From assembly GCA_016931455.1 (NCBI GenBank), contig JAFGES010000104.1, positions 2,685 through 66,684 on the forward strand: 64,000 nt of DNA. Direction: 5' to 3'. This DNA comes from Desulfobacterales bacterium. Its GTDB lineage: Bacteria > Desulfobacterota > Desulfobacteria > Desulfobacterales > JAHDSC01. How positions within the stretch are numbered: position 1 is the first letter of the stretch; each line of letters begins with the position of its first letter. This document shows positions 59,807 through 64,000 of the stretch, piece by piece. The notes beneath the pieces are model-generated. The model was not told the DNA's origin. It was given only the letters and a program-made list of their open reading frames with translations, and ran no database searches. The position numbers were made by a program, and so were the translations under genes.

Positions 59807-59844
59807 ATGAAAATATGATGACGGCAGGGTTAGAAAATGGTTAA
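59807..59844 (-). promoter_or_regulatory. Pho-box-like array upstream of the ligase-psd-lgt operon
   Basis: Minus-strand TTAAC, CTAAC, GTCAT, TTCAT at exact 11-bp spacing. Confidence 0.7.
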
Positions 59845-59987
59845 AAAAATTAATTCGTAAATTTGAATACATTCGTTTGAAGAACATCTCGGGTTTTATT
59901 TTTTTGTATTGGGGGGATTTTAATGGTATTGTTTACCGGAGATTTGATGCTGAGGGAGTCTATCGGCGATTTTATGACCATTATGAT

Positions 59988-60166
59988 TGGATTATGATCG
60001 GTCTGTTTGGCCTCGGGATTTCTGCTACCACGGAGATTTATGCCTTGTTTTCGGATTGGCTATGGTCTTGACCGGAGGGTTCATCTTGACCGGTTCAATC
60101 TCCTTATGTTGGTTAAAGTTACCCTCAAGATAAAAAGCGACGCTTTCAAGAATGCATTCAAAATTT
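59988..60166 (+). pseudogene. Internally deleted duplicate of the 3' part of the MFS gene 43934-45142 (direct repeat copy 2)
   Basis: 59988-60054 matches 44606-44672 and is joined directly to 60055-60166, which matches 45064-45175. Confidence 0.85.
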
Positions 60167-60715
60167 ACCGATTTTGTCCAAGTTCCTTTTAGTTGTTCTT
60201 ATTGGGTTGTCCCCGGCAAATTTTTAGCCGGTTGCTATCCCGGTGCCCATACCCAAGTCGATACCAGCCGCCGGGTCAAAGAACTTCTAAACCATGGGCT
60301 CCGCCATGTGATCAATTTGACGAAATCAGAGGAGTTCGCTTGTTACCGAAAAACCTCTTTTTATTATGAAGATCCGATGAAATCAGAAGCTGAAACACTG
60401 GGATATACGGTTACTTTTGATCATCTGCCGATCAAGGATACCTGGATTCCGACGCGTCTTGAAATGTGCCGTATTTTAGATCGGATCGATCGATGCATCG
60501 AGCAAAACAGACCGGTCTATGTGCACTGCTGGGGCGGCAGGGGACGAACCGGCACGGTGGTGGGCTGTTTTCTGGCCAGACACGGATATGCCAGCGATCG
60601 AAAAATTCTGCATTTGATTCAAGGGCTTAGAAATAATGCGGAAAATAGCGATTTGCCGTCACCGGAGACGGGCCGGCAGATCGATATGGTGCTGTCATGG
60701 GTTAAAGGGGAGTAA
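60152..60715 (+). CDS. Dual-specificity/protein-tyrosine phosphatase
   Basis: PIKD loop, HCWGGRGRTG active site, PET..Q. Confidence 0.9.
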   Translation: MHSKFTDFVQVPFSCSYWVVPGKFLAGCYPGAHTQVDTSRRVKELLNHGLRHVINLTKSEEFACYRKTSFYYEDPMKSEAETLGYTVTFDHLPIKDTWIPTRLEMCRILDRIDRCIEQNRPVYVHCWGGRGRTGTVVGCFLARHGYASDRKILHLIQGLRNNAENSDLPSPETGRQIDMVLSWVKGE

Positions 60716-60729
60716 GCATGGGAAACAGT

Positions 60730-61458
60730 TTAAAGAATGGTGCCTTCCGCATAGATGTTGCCGCTGTCTAGAACTTTCCAATTTTTTCCATATCGTCCGA
60801 TTTCAACCGTCAGGACATCACCCAATTCAAGAACCTTGGGCAGCTCTCTGCCTAACAGAACCGGTCCGATTTGAATGCCTTCCGGAGTCTCCAGAAAACC
60901 GAATTCATGGGAAATATCTACTACTTTCATATATCCTTCACAAAGCTCGGAAGGTTCTTGCTTCCAGTTGATGGATACAATATTATTGCGACTTTTAGTT
61001 TTCCAGGAGCAGGTGGTGGGGGTGTGCAACCGATAGAGCAGTTCACTGGCTCTCTGAAGCCGCTGAACCTCTTTGCTTTTGCTTTTGGGTAAGGCAGCCA
61101 TGAAATCTTTGAAACGGTCTTTATCAAAATATTGATGCTTATAGCACCATTTGATCCACTTGCGCAATACGCCCGGTGCCCGGGTTTCAATGGTACTGTT
61201 CATGACGGTTCGGGGCAACCACCAATTCGTGAATTTGGAAATAGCGTTGCTGTCATAACAATCCCAGCTATTGTATAACAGATACTCTCCGTCTTTTGTT
61301 CGGACAAGTGCTGAAAGATCGGACCGGAGATGTTCGATAAATAAATATAAAATATTGACGTGAAGCCTTCGAGTCTCCTCTGATACGGATAATTTATTCA
61401 AATATTCAAATGCGGCTTGGGCAATATTGGAGGGATGTTTTGATAAATTGTGAAACAT
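60730..61458 (-). CDS. Hypothetical protein with integrase core-binding (SAM-like) N-terminal domain
   Basis: YL..LS.SEET.R.H...L..F..HL and ..LRKWIKW helical pattern; no tyrosine-recombinase catalytic motif. Confidence 0.5.
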   Translation of the reverse strand: MFHNLSKHPSNIAQAAFEYLNKLSVSEETRRLHVNILYLFIEHLRSDLSALVRTKDGEYLLYNSWDCYDSNAISKFTNWWLPRTVMNSTIETRAPGVLRKWIKWCYKHQYFDKDRFKDFMAALPKSKSKEVQRLQRASELLYRLHTPTTCSWKTKSRNNIVSINWKQEPSELCEGYMKVVDISHEFGFLETPEGIQIGPVLLGRELPKVLELGDVLTVEIGRYGKNWKVLDSGNIYAEGTIL

Positions 61459-61578
61459 ATGACGAAGCTTCCTTTGAGAACCGGTTTATTTGACGTTTTT
61501 ATTTTAACTTTGTATTTTTTTTATTTTCAAGAAAAATTTTCACTATTTTGTACTGATCCGTATAAAAAAGGTATTACC

Positions 61579-62724
61579 ATGCTTTACACACCGCAGTTTT
61601 TGGCAATAGCTATTGCGAATTTATTTACCATGTCTAGTTTCGGGGGGCTTTTTCTTCTACCGTTATTTATTTCTTATCATGGAGGTTCCAAGCTGCAAAT
61701 CGGGATTATTATGGGAGCCATGCCGTTGGCTTCGGTATTTTCGCGGCCATGGATTTCGGAAATGATTGATCGGGTGGGCCGCAAGCGCAGCTATACAATC
61801 GGAACGGTGATTATGAGCCTGATTCCCTTTACCTGTTTAATGTTTCAAGGCGATCTGTCGGAATTTTATTTTCAGTTTTTACTTATTCGTGTGGTTCACG
61901 GGATTGGTTTGGCTTTTTGTTTAACCGCCGCATTTACTTATGTCGCCGATATTATACCGGATAGCCGGATGAATGAGGGCATCGGGATGTTCGGCGTCTC
62001 GGGATTGACGGGATTGGCGATCGGCCCTGTGATCGCGGAACTGACGATCGAGCAATTCGGATTTTCAACCTTTTTTATTTCCGGTTCGGCCTTGGCGATT
62101 ATCGGCCTGATACTTCATCTTCCCATCTCCGAATCTTATGTCAATATTTCGCAAAAATCCGCCCCATCTTTTTTTTCGGTTCTCAAAGAAAAAAGAATCC
62201 TGACCGTTGCCTTGCTGTCGTTTCTATTCGGTTTCGGTCTGGCTGCTTCGGGCAGCTTTGTCTCTCCATTTGCCGAGGCCCGACAACTGACCTTTATCTC
62301 GCTTTACTTTATTGCGTATTCTTCAGCGGCTGTTTTTTCGAGACTTTTCGGCGGCAGATTTTCAGATCGTGTCGGCGAAAAGCGGATTATCCCCTATGCC
62401 CTGGTAATGACCGGAACCGGTTTGCTTTTGATGATGTTTTTGCAGGGAAGCACCATTCTGGTTCTGTCGGGGTTTTTGACCGGGTTCGGGCATGGATTTC
62501 TTTATCCTTCTTTAAATACCTTGGCTGTCCGCAATGCTGACGCGCCGATGCGAGGCAAAATTACGGGGGCCTTTACCGGGTCGATCGATGGCGGTGTATT
62601 TATGGGTTCCGTTCTTTTGGGATATGTGGGGGAGTTTGCCGGTTATCGGGCTCTTTTTTTTACCGCCGGCAGTGCCGTGCTATTTGCTCTTGTTTTATTT
62701 CAGTGCCGGCGAAAGACTTTTTGA
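61579..62724 (+). CDS. MFS transporter
   Basis: About 12 TMs; IDRVGRK and GRFSDRVGEK motif A; likely start ATG 61579. Confidence 0.9.
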   Translation: MLYTPQFLAIAIANLFTMSSFGGLFLLPLFISYHGGSKLQIGIIMGAMPLASVFSRPWISEMIDRVGRKRSYTIGTVIMSLIPFTCLMFQGDLSEFYFQFLLIRVVHGIGLAFCLTAAFTYVADIIPDSRMNEGIGMFGVSGLTGLAIGPVIAELTIEQFGFSTFFISGSALAIIGLILHLPISESYVNISQKSAPSFFSVLKEKRILTVALLSFLFGFGLAASGSFVSPFAEARQLTFISLYFIAYSSAAVFSRLFGGRFSDRVGEKRIIPYALVMTGTGLLLMMFLQGSTILVLSGFLTGFGHGFLYPSLNTLAVRNADAPMRGKITGAFTGSIDGGVFMGSVLLGYVGEFAGYRALFFTAGSAVLFALVLFQCRRKTF

Positions 62725-63091
62725 TGGTTCTTCCCTAATTGTTGTTTTGGCGGTAATACGGTTTCCGGAACTCGGCGAAGAAGAAGACAATCATGTGAGG
62801 GAATTTGATCGGAAATTTGGAATTTTCGGACTGATTCGGAATGATTTTTATAGACGGTTCGATTTTTTTACGCTACGATCGTCCGGAAAGAGAGAAAAAA
62901 ATACTGTTTATGTTGGCGTTGTTTTATTTGAAGTAATGGTGGAAAGACGGGAAATAGAAAGCAATTTGCGTGACAACTCAATAAGTTCCGGTAGCAAATA
63001 AAGTTTTACCATCTTCTTTTAAAAGTTTTATGAGGCAATTTTAAAATATTGACCTATATAACTCCAGCTCTGGGCTGGAAAGGAGGCTACC

Positions 63092-64000
63092 ATGAAAAGA
63101 ACGGTTTTTATTTTTTACTTTGGTGTATTCATGATAGTGAATTTATTGTTAATTGGGCATGTTCTGGCTGATCCACCCGCACCGCCGATATTCGAACCTA
63201 TTCAAACAGTAAAGGGATTAGATATAACAGTTACTTACACTGACGAAGATGGCGATGGCAAATATGACAAAACGGTTTGGGAGCAAAAGAATGACCAAGG
63301 ACAGGTCATATTCCGAATAATAGATAAAGATGACAATAATGACGGAAAAGCTGAAAATTCTGTGGTAGAAGAGTTTAAAGATCCAACCAAACCTTCGCCT
63401 ACCCAAAAGATTACACGTACGCGTAATCAAAATGATTCTGGATGGCGAGAGGAAAAAATAGAAGAAGACACTGAACAGGACGGCAAGGTGAATGAAGTTA
63501 AAACCTGTACTTCAATTAGGGGAAACAGCAAGTTTGACTGCGTTGTAATAAAAACCGATAAGAGCGGCAATGGAGTCTTTGAAAAGGAGGAGCGCCTTCT
63601 TGCACAACCAGACAGTAATATCTTTGACACGAAAATAACCAGAACCTATGAGGACCCGATCGATGGAACAGTAGATGGAGAGAATCAGAAGGATATAAAA
63701 AATCAAAACGAGAAAATACCTGAAAGCCAAAATACTCCTAACATGCTCAAGCCCGCTAAAGGAAACGCTGACGGCCCGGGGAATGGTAACACCACTGGCG
63801 CTTCTTTCAGTGCATCTTTCGATGGATTCCTTCTTAATGGCTTAGGCTCAACCATTAATCCACTTATGGACCCGGCTCTATCGGCTCAATTTATAACATC
63901 TGAATATTTCTTTGACGGGACTGATAAACTCAAAAATACTGGATTAGACCGATTTGAACTTTTGGCTGGTGATGAGGTACTCCTAACAGGAGTCATACCC
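63092..64000 (+). CDS. Secreted acidic protein with DxDxDG-like repeats (3'-truncated; absent from the ORF track)
   Basis: AGGAGG RBS, ATG 63092, signal peptide MKRTVFIFYF...VLA, frame open to window end; DEDGDGKYD, DDNNDGKAE, DTEQDGKVN, DKSGNG. Confidence 0.8.
   Translation, partial: MKRTVFIFYFGVFMIVNLLLIGHVLADPPAPPIFEPIQTVKGLDITVTYTDEDGDGKYDKTVWEQKNDQGQVIFRIIDKDDNNDGKAENSVVEEFKDPTKPSPTQKITRTRNQNDSGWREEKIEEDTEQDGKVNEVKTCTSIRGNSKFDCVVIKTDKSGNGVFEKEERLLAQPDSNIFDTKITRTYEDPIDGTVDGENQKDIKNQNEKIPESQNTPNMLKPAKGNADGPGNGNTTGASFSASFDGFLLNGLGSTINPLMDPALSAQFITSEYFFDGTDKLKNTGLDRFELLAGDEVLLTGVIP

Noticed and set aside
59877-60192. Short ORFs 59877-60071 and 60007-60192 as real genes
   Set aside because: Largely explained by the decayed MFS duplicate
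60730-61458. Functional integrase mobilising the phosphate block
   Set aside because: No R-H-x-x-R-Y catalytic domain and no att/tRNA site seen
62534-63001. 155-aa ORF overlapping the MFS 3' end
   Set aside because: Out-of-frame overlap, no RBS or recognisable motif
1-64000. CRISPR arrays, tRNA/rRNA genes, intact transposases, c-di-GMP riboswitches
   Set aside because: No regularly spaced repeats, cloverleaf signatures, transposase ORFs or GEMM motif noticed by eye

Overview
AT-rich bacterial chromosome segment. Gene content (pilR-pilA, Mla operon, T6SS) and intergenic palindromic repeats suggest a Desulfobacterota/deltaproteobacterial sulfate reducer (inference). In order: (1) 3' part of pyrC, pilR and a sigma54-driven type IVa pilin followed by a putative pilin-maturation cluster (VKOR-DsbA fusion, GT-C, beta-CASP nuclease, GT2, GT4); (2) a ~25-kb type VI secretion cluster (tssJKLM-tagF-tagJ-tssABC-hcp-tssEFGH plus a fused TssB-TssC-like gene) with no vgrG/PAAR and an unusual regulatory front end (two paralogous periplasmic sensors, one carrying a Ser/Thr kinase; a Cys-rich pseudokinase-like protein with Thr-x-x-Ile/Leu repeats; an FHA-less TagH); (3) a Phd-RelE TA pair; (4) mlaEFDCA, with a degenerate GGDEF domain fused to MlaF and no mlaB; (5) a ~15-kb block rich in phosphate-starvation genes, bounded by duplicated MFS-gene fragments (alkaline phosphatase, Tat metallophosphoesterase, psiE, EAL-GGDEF protein). 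The best candidate for an undescribed system is a three-gene operon in that block: a glutamate-cysteine-ligase-like carboxylate-amine ligase, a phosphatidylserine-decarboxylase-like enzyme and an Lgt-like diacylglyceryl transferase. It sits behind an 11-bp-periodic Pho-box-like array and may make a phosphorus-free amino-lipid. No rRNA, tRNA or CRISPR array was seen. All family calls come from motif recognition by eye, not database searches.
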